Shown one piece after another: positions 17,608-28,107 of a DNA stretch of 60,236 nt. Source of the DNA: a virus (lineage: Duplodnaviria; Caudoviricetes). The stretch is taken from the IMG/VR virus record IMGVR_UViG_3300017714_002351, positions 1-60,236 of that record, one strand, 5' to 3'. The stretch's first letter is position 1. The number at the start of each line of letters is the position of its first letter. The translations under genes were made by a program, and so were the position numbers. The notes beneath the pieces were generated by a model, which searched no databases, had not been told where the DNA came from, and was given only the letters and a program-made list of their open reading frames with translations.

Positions 17608-18561
17608 ATGAAAATAAACGAACTTAAAATTGTATCAGCTAAAGACCTAAATGAGTCACTAGCAAAAACCTTTGGAACGAAATTACGTTTACAAGACTTT
17701 ACTAACGAACAACTTGAAGATGCACGTAACAGATTACGTACACAATTAAGCCAAGTTGAAACAAATGAAAGTTTCGATACAGTTCATACAAGCGATGCAT
17801 ATCAAAAAGGTAGAATGTTCCTAGACGTAATCAACCAAGAGATGCACGAAAGAGCTAAATCAAAACCAGACTTTTTAGACATGGACGGTGATGGCGATAA
17901 AAAAGAGCCAATGAAGAAAGCCGTTAAGGATAAAAAAGCAAAAGAAGATGTAGCTGACGAAGATTTAACAAAAGGTCAAGAGAAATTACCAGCAGGCTTA
18001 AAGAAAGCAATACTTAAAAAGCAAGGTAAAGACGACGATGCGGAAGACATTAAAGAAGGTGCTGAGGAATCAGCAACATTAGTAATGGCCGCAAAGGACA
18101 TGGTAGACAGAGTAACAGGTTGGATGGAAGACACAGCAGAAATGCAAACAGAATCCATGCTTGAATTAGGCGATAAGATCAGAGACGAAATGGGCTCGGA
18201 ACAATCAGAACAATTCATCAATACTGTAAAACCAGCATTAGAAAATTTATACACAGTTTTTGAAACTACAAGAGAAGCACTATCCGGTGGCGTAGCCATT
18301 GTAACAGGCGAAGGCGCTCCAGAGACTATGGGAACAGATACAGAAGCTCCAGCAGAAGATCCTGAAGCTGAAATGGAACCAACAGTTGATGCGGACGCAG
18401 GTGCTGAAGAACCAGTAGCAGATGAGTTTGGTGCAAGTGAGCCAGCAACAGGCGGCGAAGAAGTAGCAGACAGAGAAAAACGAGAATCCATAGAACGAAG
18501 CAGAAGACTAGGTCAGGTATTAACTGACTCAAAAAAAAAGGTAGTACGTCAGTCAAAGTAA
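17608..18561 (+). CDS. Acidic prohead core/scaffold-like protein
   Basis: Late promoter; multiple (I/L)xE sites; KPDFLDMDGDGDKKEPMKKA; acidic low-complexity tail; ends after A9G run. Confidence 0.6.
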   Translation: MKINELKIVSAKDLNESLAKTFGTKLRLQDFTNEQLEDARNRLRTQLSQVETNESFDTVHTSDAYQKGRMFLDVINQEMHERAKSKPDFLDMDGDGDKKEPMKKAVKDKKAKEDVADEDLTKGQEKLPAGLKKAILKKQGKDDDAEDIKEGAEESATLVMAAKDMVDRVTGWMEDTAEMQTESMLELGDKIRDEMGSEQSEQFINTVKPALENLYTVFETTREALSGGVAIVTGEGAPETMGTDTEAPAEDPEAEMEPTVDADAGAEEPVADEFGASEPATGGEEVADREKRESIERSRRLGQVLTDSKKKVVRQSK

Positions 18562-18887
18562 CTGAGGCTACAAATTCCAAACAGGCACTCGTACAAATTT
18601 TTAGAAATCAGATAGGTAGTGCTGATCATCAAGATCAGCCTGCTTACCTTTCATTTGAAGCACTCAATCAATTAATGTTAAACATGGACTTTCAACAGTT
18701 TGACTACGATGGCTTCAAACAAGTATATGACGCAAATCCAGAATTGAAAACCTACGTAAAGAATTTTGATGACAAAGGTGTTACACTTTCTACAAAGAAA
18801 GAAGCTGACTCCGATGCACCAGTATCAAGTGATGCCCCTGATGAAGTTGATCAAATGGCACAACGAGCAACCCAAGCCAATCTTTAA
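18528..18887 (+). CDS. Reading frame probably accessed by -1 frameshift from 17608 gene
   Basis: Frame open 18528..18887, no ATG/GTG/TTG before 18675; begins at A_AAA_AAG slippery heptamer (18534..18540). Confidence 0.6.
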   Translation, partial: LKKKGSTSVKVTEATNSKQALVQIFRNQIGSADHQDQPAYLSFEALNQLMLNMDFQQFDYDGFKQVYDANPELKTYVKNFDDKGVTLSTKKEADSDAPVSSDAPDEVDQMAQRATQANL

Positions 18888-18888
18888 C

Positions 18889-18917
18889 TTGACAAACTAG
18901 TTTTTTTGTTATATACT
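18889..18917 (+). promoter_or_regulatory. Sigma70-like promoter
   Basis: TTGACA-17-TATACT. Confidence 0.75.
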
Positions 18918-18937
18918 TTAGTGTATGAGGTATAACA

Positions 18938-19531
18938 ATGAGCGAAGTAAAAATCTTACCAAATCTAGTTTGGAAATATAATTACGAGCCAGGATTCGAT
19001 GTCCAGGCCTTTTTAGATTACCAATCCAAAGAAGCTGAACTGCATCAGACAGAAGCAGATGGAGGCAAGTCAACGGCTGGCCATCCAAACCCTCCGCACG
19101 AGTGGGAATGTAATAAAGATTTTATGATTTGGTTAAGACCCAAGATAGAAATTTGTTTACGTGAATGGGACGTTCAGTACACAGATGTCGTTGCCACGGG
19201 AAGTTGGACCAATATACACAATATCAATGCTCATACTTTACCTCATGAACATGGTTCAACCAACGTGGTAGTGTCAGCTTATGTACAAGTACCAGAGGAC
19301 AGTGGTAACTTAATGTTTGAACAACTGTTAAGAACTAACTGGTCTCATTACTCACGCATACCAGAAAACACAATACATGACTACTGGAGAGAAGTTAATG
19401 TAAATACAAATGATGTCTTACTATTTCCTGGCTGGTTAACTCACAAGACCCAAGCAAGTAAAAGTAATGGCAACCGAATAACATTTACCATCAATACAGA
19501 TGGTAGGGATAGAAGCAACGTAATATTATGA
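18938..19531 (+). CDS. 2OG-Fe(II) oxygenase-like protein (TIGR02466-like)
   Basis: SWTN...HEH...LLFPGWLTH...RITFTIN. Confidence 0.8.
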   Translation: MSEVKILPNLVWKYNYEPGFDVQAFLDYQSKEAELHQTEADGGKSTAGHPNPPHEWECNKDFMIWLRPKIEICLREWDVQYTDVVATGSWTNIHNINAHTLPHEHGSTNVVVSAYVQVPEDSGNLMFEQLLRTNWSHYSRIPENTIHDYWREVNVNTNDVLLFPGWLTHKTQASKSNGNRITFTINTDGRDRSNVIL

Positions 19532-19857
19532 CAGTAGCACAAGACAGAACCAAAGAAGAAATTATTAAAGAGATTGAAAGTATCGTAGAAAAGAACATTC
19601 AACCTAGTGTAGAAATGCACGGTGGTGTTGTTAAGCTACAAGACTTTGATATGGAAACAGGCGTTGCCCTTATGTTAATGAGTGGAGCCTGTTCAGGCTG
19701 TGCAAGTAGTTCCGTAACACTCAAGATGGGTGTAGAGAATATGCTTAAACATTATGTACCTGAAGTAAATGCAGTAGAGGGTATGGACGATCCTAACTTT
19801 AACGATCCGTATTATACAAGTTGGGACAACCCAGGTGGCTGGGGAAAGGAAGAGTAA
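19528..19857 (+). CDS. NifU/NfuA-type Fe-S cluster carrier
   Basis: IQPSVEMHGG...LMSGACSGCASSSVTLKMGVENML. Confidence 0.9.
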   Translation: MTVAQDRTKEEIIKEIESIVEKNIQPSVEMHGGVVKLQDFDMETGVALMLMSGACSGCASSSVTLKMGVENMLKHYVPEVNAVEGMDDPNFNDPYYTSWDNPGGWGKEE

Positions 19858-20690
19858 TGGCAATAGAAAAGACTGAACACAAGACACCGTACTTTGAAAG
19901 ACAAAATCCTAACATGAGTACAGAGTTTCATAGTGCAATGAACCAATGGATCATTGATGTTAAGTGTCCCTTCTACGAGGAATTCTTAACACTATTTGAA
20001 GATGAATATAGAGGAGAAGATGAAAGTAAGATCAAAACTACTTTCAGAGGATATCAATATGATGTTACTCCTAAGAACTTACCCGAGTGGGGTGGCGAAG
20101 TAGTACGTTCGGATAAGATGAATCCAGACACTCCGGAGCAAGTAGGATTTCCTAGTTCTAAAACATTAAATGAAACAGAGTTTGATGTAAACAAAGCAAA
20201 TCCAGGATCTAACTTTCCACCTATTGATCAAAACAAGTTTGATAAACTTAATTGGGATAAGTTAATGAACTGGGTAATGAAACAGATTAGACGTAACCAG
20301 GTGCCCGTTAAGAGCATCAAGGTAAGCAAGTGTTGGTGTGTAGACTACAATGACGGAGGCTACCAAGCAATACACAATCATGGCCCACTATGTATTAGCA
20401 TGGTAATGGCAATGGACTCACAACCCACTACAGGAACTAATGAACAGTCTGCTGACAATGGAATGTTATATACCCTAATGCCTAATCCAGATGGCACACA
20501 ACTTATGACACAGTTTGGACCTTACCCAGGTAGAACTGTTATCCTAGACGGTAGAGTATGGCATGGTGTTTATCCTGCTAAGGCTCCACGTAGAACATTT
20601 GTTGTAGACTTCGACTTTGAATACTATGGCGAAGATGAAGAAATTCCAGGAATGGTAACTCCAATTAACCCAGGCACACCTAATGGATAA
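19857..20690 (+). CDS. 2OG-Fe(II) oxygenase-like protein
   Basis: YQAIHNH...VWHGVYP...RRTFV. Confidence 0.7.
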   Translation: MAIEKTEHKTPYFERQNPNMSTEFHSAMNQWIIDVKCPFYEEFLTLFEDEYRGEDESKIKTTFRGYQYDVTPKNLPEWGGEVVRSDKMNPDTPEQVGFPSSKTLNETEFDVNKANPGSNFPPIDQNKFDKLNWDKLMNWVMKQIRRNQVPVKSIKVSKCWCVDYNDGGYQAIHNHGPLCISMVMAMDSQPTTGTNEQSADNGMLYTLMPNPDGTQLMTQFGPYPGRTVILDGRVWHGVYPAKAPRRTFVVDFDFEYYGEDEEIPGMVTPINPGTPNG

Positions 20691-21237
20691 TAATTATTTT
20701 GCTCAAGGGCAGTTCATCATAGAAACAGAGTATGATGAGTATGAAAGTATGAACATCACAATGAGAAAGAGTTCTACTGAAACTGTTGACTATCCTGATA
20801 GAGTGCAAGATAATTTAGATTTAAATTCAATATCGTTGGCTTACACCGATTGGGTATTGAAAAAGATACAGGATCAAAAGATTCCTGTTACAAGCATTGA
20901 GCCCGACCAGGCTTGGTATATTAACTACAAGCCTTATGGTTACCAAGGCATACACAATCATACTAACAAGGAAGACTTAATTAGTACAGTTATGTATTTT
21001 GATCATAAGCAAGAAGATGATATGTTTACACAGGACGGATGTCTTGTTACAATGATGGCACACCCTAACACACAGATTGAGTTTCATGAGTTTCCACCTA
21101 GTCCAGGTAAAACTATTATTATGAATGGTAACGTTAGCCATGCAACTTATCCTTACAAACATGAAAGAAGATGTTTAGTTATTAATTTTAAAGCAACATG
21201 GAGCAAGCCGAATGAGCCTGATCAAACAGAAGTTTAA
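20683..21237 (+). CDS. 2OG-Fe(II) oxygenase-like protein, paralog of previous
   Basis: YQGIHNH...VSHATYP...RRCLV. Confidence 0.7.
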   Translation: MDNNYFAQGQFIIETEYDEYESMNITMRKSSTETVDYPDRVQDNLDLNSISLAYTDWVLKKIQDQKIPVTSIEPDQAWYINYKPYGYQGIHNHTNKEDLISTVMYFDHKQEDDMFTQDGCLVTMMAHPNTQIEFHEFPPSPGKTIIMNGNVSHATYPYKHERRCLVINFKATWSKPNEPDQTEV

Positions 21238-21892
21238 TTACAAAGAGATAAAGAAAGAGTCTAAAGAAGGCAAACGCCTATATGCTTGTCCTGACGGTAA
21301 TAGTGTCGCAAGTGTAACAACTATACTAGATAAAACAAAAGACAAGTCTGCCTTAATTGCTTGGCGAAAAAGAGTAGGTGAAAAGAAAGCACAGGAGATT
21401 GTTACAGAGGCCGCAAGTGTAGGTACTCGTATGCACAAATTTTTAGAGGACTATGTAGAAACAGGTGAATGGCCTAAAGCAGGTAGCAACCCGTATAGCC
21501 AACAAGCTAACGAAATGGCTACAAAGATTAAAGACGCCGCATTAGTCAATATTGACGAAATATGGGGCTCTGAGGTACAATTATACCACCCGAAGATTTA
21601 CGCCGGCACTACAGACCTCGTAGGCGTCTTTAAAGGCGAAGAATGTATCATGGACTTCAAGCAAACTAACAAGCCTAAGAAGGAAGAATGGGTAGATGAT
21701 TATAAGCTACAATTAACTGCCTATGCACTAGCCCACAACGAGATATACGGAACTAACATACAAGAAGGCCACGTTTTCATGTGCAGTCGTGCAGGAGAAT
21801 ATCAGCAATTTGATGTATGGCCAGACGATTTTAAGGCCTGGGAAGCTAAATGGTGGGATCGTGTGTATATGTACTATGACCGTTTCGCATAA
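21212..21892 (+). CDS. PD-(D/E)XK exonuclease
   Basis: SVTTIL, GTRMH, YAGTTDLV, IMDFKQ, QLTAYA motifs. Confidence 0.85.
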   Translation: MSLIKQKFNYKEIKKESKEGKRLYACPDGNSVASVTTILDKTKDKSALIAWRKRVGEKKAQEIVTEAASVGTRMHKFLEDYVETGEWPKAGSNPYSQQANEMATKIKDAALVNIDEIWGSEVQLYHPKIYAGTTDLVGVFKGEECIMDFKQTNKPKKEEWVDDYKLQLTAYALAHNEIYGTNIQEGHVFMCSRAGEYQQFDVWPDDFKAWEAKWWDRVYMYYDRFA

Positions 21893-21916
21893 ATACTTGT
21901 AATAAGGAGCAAGTAA

Positions 21917-23545
21917 GTGGCAATAGTACAAATTTCAAGAATACAAGTACGTAGAGGTCAAAAGAACGTTGGATCAGGCATACCACAATTAGCAGGTGGT
22001 GAGTTTGGTTGGGCAGTGGACTCACGTGAATTGTTTATTGGTAACGGATCAGTTTCTGAAGGCTCACCAGCAGTTGGAAATACAAAGATCCTAACACAAT
22101 ATGACAACCTGTTTAGTTTTGCAGATCAATACACATATCAAAAGAACATCAGTACAATGCAAACAGGCTCAACTGCTATGTTGCCTACTGCTAGAACATT
22201 ACAAGAAGTACTAGACGAAGAAGTAAGTGTTAAGTCGTATGGTGCAACTGGTGATGGGTCAGATCAAACAGTAGTATTACAAAGAGCTATTGATCAATTA
22301 TTCCTTAATAGTGCAACAAAAGGTTCAACTGCAAGTAGAGTTACATTAAAGGTACCAGCAGGTGAATACTTATTGAGTGCAAGTTTAAAACTTCCGCCAT
22401 ATGCAACAGTCATTGGAGCAGGAAGTGACAAGGTAAAAATTACACAAGGTGCGAATGTTCCTGTGTTTGAAACTGTAAACTCAGGATCAACACCAGGAAG
22501 TTATGCACAGGACAGTTCAAGTACAACATTGAACCAAGCTAATAAGATTACACTAAAAGGTTTTACATTAATACAAAATACTACAAACGCAGGTATATTG
22601 TTAACTTCTTGTAAAGAAAGTACATTTGAAGATTTAAAAATTACAGGTGCTTGGACAAGTGGAGCAACTCCAGGATCAAGCCAAGTTGCAATTAGAATGA
22701 ACAGCTTATCAACTGCTGTATCTTGTAACAGAAATAAATTTAAAGATATCCATATGAAAGGTTACGCAACAGGCGTACACTCAGACTTTGATGTTGTTGG
22801 AAATACATTTACAGATTGTGAGTTCGACACATTAAGATACGGAATAGTATATGGTGAGAATACAAGCATTGGTCAAGTAGGAATGGCTACAGGTCCACAA
22901 AGAAATATTGTACAGAGTTCACAGTTCCATGATATTGATAGACAAGCATTATGGGTAAACAAAGGACAGTTTAATTCCTCAGTTAATAACAAGTTTATTA
23001 GTGTAGGTAACAATGGTGGTACTGAAGGTAACGCAGTTTATAGTGTTATAAACTTTACAGATGGTACTGCTCTTTCTAACTCATCTAGCAATGACTGGTT
23101 TGACAGAACTGCAAATTTAAGTTATGATCAAAACTTTATGTCAGGTTATAGATATGTTCCAGAAGTTGAAGGACCAGGAGTTTTTGATTTAGAATTTAGT
23201 TATAGGTTTCCTGTAACACAACAAAACTCCGCAGTAAGAGTATTAAAATTTCCAGGCTATGCTACTAGAAACATAGTTGTAGATTACATATACAAAAGCT
23301 CACAGGTAAATGCAGTAAGAGAAGGTTCATTAGATATACTTGTTAACTTAAATGATAACACATCTAAAGTAACTGACAACTTTACATACCTTGGTGCTAG
23401 TGCATATGAATATAATGTTGAGTTTAGTGTTTCATTAACGGATGAAAACACAGACGGAACAAATGATACACTGGTTGTTTCAATGAAGAACACGACAACG
23501 AGTGACACAGGTGACATATTATTCAAAGTACATTACAAAACGTAA
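21917..23545 (+). CDS. Virion tail/baseplate protein with beta-helix (pectate-lyase-like) region
   Basis: IQVRRG...LAGGEFGW N-terminal module; VSVKSYGATGDG; beta-helix repeats; late promoter. Confidence 0.7.
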   Translation: MAIVQISRIQVRRGQKNVGSGIPQLAGGEFGWAVDSRELFIGNGSVSEGSPAVGNTKILTQYDNLFSFADQYTYQKNISTMQTGSTAMLPTARTLQEVLDEEVSVKSYGATGDGSDQTVVLQRAIDQLFLNSATKGSTASRVTLKVPAGEYLLSASLKLPPYATVIGAGSDKVKITQGANVPVFETVNSGSTPGSYAQDSSSTTLNQANKITLKGFTLIQNTTNAGILLTSCKESTFEDLKITGAWTSGATPGSSQVAIRMNSLSTAVSCNRNKFKDIHMKGYATGVHSDFDVVGNTFTDCEFDTLRYGIVYGENTSIGQVGMATGPQRNIVQSSQFHDIDRQALWVNKGQFNSSVNNKFISVGNNGGTEGNAVYSVINFTDGTALSNSSSNDWFDRTANLSYDQNFMSGYRYVPEVEGPGVFDLEFSYRFPVTQQNSAVRVLKFPGYATRNIVVDYIYKSSQVNAVREGSLDILVNLNDNTSKVTDNFTYLGASAYEYNVEFSVSLTDENTDGTNDTLVVSMKNTTTSDTGDILFKVHYKT

Positions 23546-23546
23546 T

Positions 23547-23972
23547 ATGCCAAACAGAGAATACGAGACAAAACTCGTTAACTGGACTAACTTTAGAGAA
23601 CAACTAGAGGTAAGTCTAAATCCTTTCCAGGAAGTAATTGATTATTACAACAAGATGCCAAGAAGTAAGCTAGGTGTTGACCCTTGGGATCAGACTACTT
23701 GGCCCACTCCATGGGAACTACTTGCTCAAAACAGCATTTGCGACTTGACAAACAGCTTGGGGGTGTGTTATACTTTACAATTAACTAATAGGTTTTCTCG
23801 GAGTGAGTTCGAGATACATATAGTTACGGACTACAGTAATGAGGAATTATGTTATCCTGTTTGCATTAACAATAATGTATTATGTTACAAATATAATGAG
23901 GTTGTTCAAAAGGCTGAATTACCCACACAATTTGTTTCACAACGCATTTATAAGATGCCGGCGTTACAATAA
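23547..23972 (+). CDS. Hypothetical protein
   Basis: DPWDQTTWPTPWELL. Confidence 0.7.
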   Translation: MPNREYETKLVNWTNFREQLEVSLNPFQEVIDYYNKMPRSKLGVDPWDQTTWPTPWELLAQNSICDLTNSLGVCYTLQLTNRFSRSEFEIHIVTDYSNEELCYPVCINNNVLCYKYNEVVQKAELPTQFVSQRIYKMPALQ

Positions 23973-24022
23973 ATACTTTATCATTACGAATACGAATTAA
24001 AAATTAACAGGAGCAACAGAGA

Positions 24023-26356
24023 ATGTCAAATGGCGTCGGTATACACATCAAAAAACGCGACGGCTCAGTAGAGCCCCTGGACATTAACAAGATACACTTT
24101 GTCGTTGAAGAAGCCACGGAAGGCTTGACGGGTACAAGTGCATCACAGATTGAGATGACAGCTAACATTCAATTCTATGATGGAATGTCCACGGAAGAAA
24201 TACAAGAAATTTTAATTAAAAGTGCAAACGATTTAATTAGTTTAGAGAATCCCAACTACCAGTATGCGGCGGCAAGGTTGTTGTTATATCCAATTTATAA
24301 AGAAACGTTCGGTCAATACAGTCCTGCTCCTCTTACAAAGATTATTGATAGAAATATTGAACGTGGTGTATATGATGCGTCAATCAAAGACAAGTACACT
24401 GAAACAGAATTAAAGCAATTAAACAAATACATCAAGCATAACAGAGATGAGAATTTTACATACGCAGGTCTAAGACAGATAGTAGACAAGTACCTTGTGC
24501 AAGATAGAAGCACAGGAGAAATATATGAGTCTCCACAAGTAATGTATATGATGATCGCGGCAACATTGTTTGCTGATTATCCAGAAAAAACACGTATGAG
24601 TTACGTAAGGAGATATTATGATGCGACCTCCCTTTTTAAAATCAATATCCCAACGCCAATCATGGCCGGTGTACGTACACCTCTTAGACAGTTTGCTTCG
24701 TGCGTTCTTGTTGATAGTGATGACACCCTTGATAGTATTTTTAGTAGTGATATGGCAATTGGCAGATACACGGCACAAAGAGCAGGAATAGGAATTAATG
24801 CAGGACGTATTAGAGCAATCAACTCTAAAATTAGAGGTGGCGAAGTAGCACACACAGGCCTGATTCCGTTTCTAAAAAAGTTCGAGTCAACTGTAAGATG
24901 TTGTACACAGAACGGAGTACGTGGAGGCAATGCAACTACACACTTCCCTATTTGGCATTATGAAATTGACGACATCCTAGTACTAAAGAATAACAAAGGT
25001 ACTGAGGATAACAGAGTACGTAGATTAGATTACAGTATTCAACTTAATAAATTGATGTACGAAAGGCTGTTAGCTGATAAAGACATAACTTTATTCTCGC
25101 CACATGATGTACCAGATTTATATGAGGCTTTCTATTCCGACCAAAAACTATTCGAAGAACTATATGAAAAGTATGAACGCAAGACTTCATTAAGGAAACG
25201 CAAAGTAAAAGCAATGGAATTGTTTTCTGCGTTGATCAAAGAACGTGCTGAAACAGGACGTATCTATATCATGAACGTTGACCATGCTAATACACACAGT
25301 TCATTCAAAGACACAGTTTACATGAGTAACTTATGTCAAGAGATTACATTACCTACTAAACCTTTACAACACATTGATGACCCTGAAGGTGAAATTGCAT
25401 TATGTATTTTAAGTGCAATCAATGTTGGTACACTAAAAGACTTAGATGAGTTACAGGACTTATGTAACTTGGCTGTAAGAGCATTAGACGAAGTTATTGA
25501 TTATCAAAAGTATCCAGTGAAGGCCGCTGAAGTAAGTACAAAAGCAAGACGCTCATTAGGCGTAGGCTACATTGGACTTGCACACTATCTAGCGAAGCAT
25601 GGTGTTAAGTATTCAGATAAGAAAGCACTTACTAAGGTACATGAGCTATCAGAAGCATTTCAATATTACTTGTTAGTTGCAAGTAATGAATTAGCAAAAG
25701 AAAAAGGTGCTTGTGAATATTTTAACCGTACTAAATATAGTGATGGCATTTTACCTATTGACACATACAAAAAGGAGTTGGACGAGATATGTTCAATTAC
25801 ATTAAAGTATGATTGGTCTGCTTTACGCAATGACATATCAGCCCACGGTTTACGGCACAGCACATTGTCCGCACAGATGCCTTCGGAGAGCAGTTCCATT
25901 GTGTCGAACGCAACCAACGGAATCGAACCACCTAGAGGGTTCTTGTCCGTTAAGAAAAGCAAAAAAGGGCCTCTTAAACAGATTGTTCCACAGTATACTA
26001 CGTTAAAGAATAACTATACGTTGTTGTGGGATATGCCAAGTAACGAAGGTTACATAAATATCGTTGCAGTAATGCAGAAGTTTTTTGATCAAGCCATTAG
26101 TGGTAATTGGTCGTACAATCCAACTCATTTTGAGAACAACGAAGTTCCAATGAGTGTTATGTTACAAGATATGTTAACAACATATAAGTATGGTTGGAAA
26201 ACATCATACTATCAAAACACTTATGACTTCAAGAGTGATCCAAGTGAAGAGGAAATTAAGACAGAGACAACAAACTCTTTTGAACCTCAAGTGGGACTAC
26301 CAGATGGTAAGCCATTAGAAGATGAAGAAGAAGTTTGTGATAGTTGTGCTATATAG
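24023..26356 (+). CDS. nrdA: Ribonucleotide reductase class Ia alpha subunit
   Basis: N-terminal ATP cone (IKKRDG), QFASCVL, SNLCQEI, C-terminal CDSC. Confidence 0.97.
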   Translation: MSNGVGIHIKKRDGSVEPLDINKIHFVVEEATEGLTGTSASQIEMTANIQFYDGMSTEEIQEILIKSANDLISLENPNYQYAAARLLLYPIYKETFGQYSPAPLTKIIDRNIERGVYDASIKDKYTETELKQLNKYIKHNRDENFTYAGLRQIVDKYLVQDRSTGEIYESPQVMYMMIAATLFADYPEKTRMSYVRRYYDATSLFKINIPTPIMAGVRTPLRQFASCVLVDSDDTLDSIFSSDMAIGRYTAQRAGIGINAGRIRAINSKIRGGEVAHTGLIPFLKKFESTVRCCTQNGVRGGNATTHFPIWHYEIDDILVLKNNKGTEDNRVRRLDYSIQLNKLMYERLLADKDITLFSPHDVPDLYEAFYSDQKLFEELYEKYERKTSLRKRKVKAMELFSALIKERAETGRIYIMNVDHANTHSSFKDTVYMSNLCQEITLPTKPLQHIDDPEGEIALCILSAINVGTLKDLDELQDLCNLAVRALDEVIDYQKYPVKAAEVSTKARRSLGVGYIGLAHYLAKHGVKYSDKKALTKVHELSEAFQYYLLVASNELAKEKGACEYFNRTKYSDGILPIDTYKKELDEICSITLKYDWSALRNDISAHGLRHSTLSAQMPSESSSIVSNATNGIEPPRGFLSVKKSKKGPLKQIVPQYTTLKNNYTLLWDMPSNEGYINIVAVMQKFFDQAISGNWSYNPTHFENNEVPMSVMLQDMLTTYKYGWKTSYYQNTYDFKSDPSEEEIKTETTNSFEPQVGLPDGKPLEDEEEVCDSCAI

Positions 26357-26372
26357 GGAAGAGGAATAGACA

Positions 26373-27476
26373 GTGAGTAAGACAGTATTTAATAGAGAAA
26401 AAGTAGACTTTACAAAGAGCCATATGTTCTTTGGACCAGATCAAAACACACAAAGGTATGATGTGTTTAAGTTCCCTGTGTTTGATAAATTGAATCAAAC
26501 AATGCTAGGATATTTTTGGAGACCTGAAGAAGTAAGTCTACAAAAAGATAGAAGCGACTATGCTAACTTCCGTCCAGAACAGAAGCACATCTTTACTGCT
26601 AACTTAAAATACCAAACACTACTAGATAGTGTACAAGGTAGAGGACCATGTTTAGCTTTCTTACCACACGTAAGTATTCCAGAGCTAGAAGGTTGTATTG
26701 TTACTTGGGACTTCTTTGAAACTATTCACAGTCGCTCGTATACACACATAATGAAGAACGTGTATGCAGACCCAACTGAAGTATTAGATACTATCTTAGA
26801 TGATGAAAAAATTATTGAACGTGCTATTAGTGTTACTAAAAACTATGATGCGTTTACAGAAGCGGCAGACAAACACATACATCTTAAAAAAGGAACGATG
26901 AGAGATGTTAAGAAGAAACTATTCTTAGCTATGATGAACGTAAACATCTTAGAAGGACTACGTTTTTATGTTTCCTTTGCCTGTACGTTTGCATTTGGTG
27001 AACTTAAACTTATGGAAGGTTCAGCAAAGATTATTAGTTTGATTGCTAGAGATGAAAGCCAACACCTTGCATTAAGTTTACACGTTCTTAAGAACTGGAT
27101 GCGTGGTGATGACGATCCAGAGTTTGCCTCTATTGCAAAAGAGTGTGAAGCAGAAGTTTATGAAATGTGGAAGACTTGCGTCAATGAAGAAAAGGCGTGG
27201 GCACACCACTTAATGAAAGATGGATCAATTATTGGTCTTAATGAAAAACTGTTAGGCAACTACGTAGAGTTTATTGCTAACAAGAGATTAAAAGCATTAG
27301 GATACAAGCCAATCTTTGATACACCTACAACACAGAATCCCCTACCATGGACACAGCATTGGTTGAGTTCATCAGGGTTACAAGTAGCACCACAAGAAAC
27401 AGAAGTAGAGTCTTACATTGTTGGTGGTATTAAACAAGACGTTAACACAGACTCGCTCAAAGGATTTAAGTTATAA
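26373..27476 (+). CDS. nrdB: Ribonucleotide reductase class Ia beta subunit
   Basis: FWRPEEV, ETIHSRSY, EGLRFYVSF, RDESQH, VAPQETEVESY. Confidence 0.97.
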   Translation: MSKTVFNREKVDFTKSHMFFGPDQNTQRYDVFKFPVFDKLNQTMLGYFWRPEEVSLQKDRSDYANFRPEQKHIFTANLKYQTLLDSVQGRGPCLAFLPHVSIPELEGCIVTWDFFETIHSRSYTHIMKNVYADPTEVLDTILDDEKIIERAISVTKNYDAFTEAADKHIHLKKGTMRDVKKKLFLAMMNVNILEGLRFYVSFACTFAFGELKLMEGSAKIISLIARDESQHLALSLHVLKNWMRGDDDPEFASIAKECEAEVYEMWKTCVNEEKAWAHHLMKDGSIIGLNEKLLGNYVEFIANKRLKALGYKPIFDTPTTQNPLPWTQHWLSSSGLQVAPQETEVESYIVGGIKQDVNTDSLKGFKL

Positions 27477-27760
27477 TGGAAACAAAAGAAGCTACTCCAC
27501 ACACTACCGTAGTTTATAGTAAGCCTAATTGTCCTTCTTGTGTAAAAGCAAAGATGTTATTACAAAACAAGAAGATCCCATACACCGAAAGTATAATTGG
27601 AAAGGATATCCAAGTTGAAACTCTTATGAAAGAGTTTGAAGTAAACGGATTACCGATGCCAAGAACTGCTCCGCAGATTATATTACACGGTAAGTATGTA
27701 GGAGGGTATGAACAATTAGTCCAACATATGGACGACCACGGTATGAACTATGAACACTAG
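27476..27760 (+). CDS. Glutaredoxin
   Basis: CPSC active site, RTAPQI, YVGGY. Confidence 0.9.
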   Translation: METKEATPHTTVVYSKPNCPSCVKAKMLLQNKKIPYTESIIGKDIQVETLMKEFEVNGLPMPRTAPQIILHGKYVGGYEQLVQHMDDHGMNYEH

Positions 27761-27768
27761 GAGACATT

Positions 27769-28089
27769 ATGTTAATTGAGCCGGCATATAAATTAGGAGA
27801 CGTTATCACTATTAAACTTACATCAGGTGAAGAACTTGTAGGTAAGTTTGAAGCAGATGACGACAAGACAATCAAAGTAAACAAACCACTTACATTAGTT
27901 GCAAGTGAAAAAGGCATTGGCTTACAACAGTTCTTGTTTACTGCTGATATAGATAAATCATATACTATTAAGCATCAAGCAATTACTTTAATACACAAAA
28001 CAAGACCAGAATTTGCAGAAGCATATACCAAGCAGACAAGTAGCATTGTACAAGCACCCGCTGGTATGGCAGACCTAGTACGTAAATAA
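27769..28089 (+). CDS. Sm/LSm-like fold protein
   Basis: VITIKLTSGEELVGK...IKVNKP. Confidence 0.55.
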   Translation: MLIEPAYKLGDVITIKLTSGEELVGKFEADDDKTIKVNKPLTLVASEKGIGLQQFLFTADIDKSYTIKHQAITLIHKTRPEFAEAYTKQTSSIVQAPAGMADLVRK

Positions 28090-28107
28090 TCTTACATAAA
28101 TATTAAT

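Noticed and set aside
21212-21892. Cas4 / CRISPR adaptation gene
   Set aside because: Lacks the four-Cys Fe-S motif; ordinary phage PD-(D/E)XK exonuclease with no array nearby
24023-27476. Inteins or introns in nrdA/nrdB
   Set aside because: Both ORFs are continuous and of normal length
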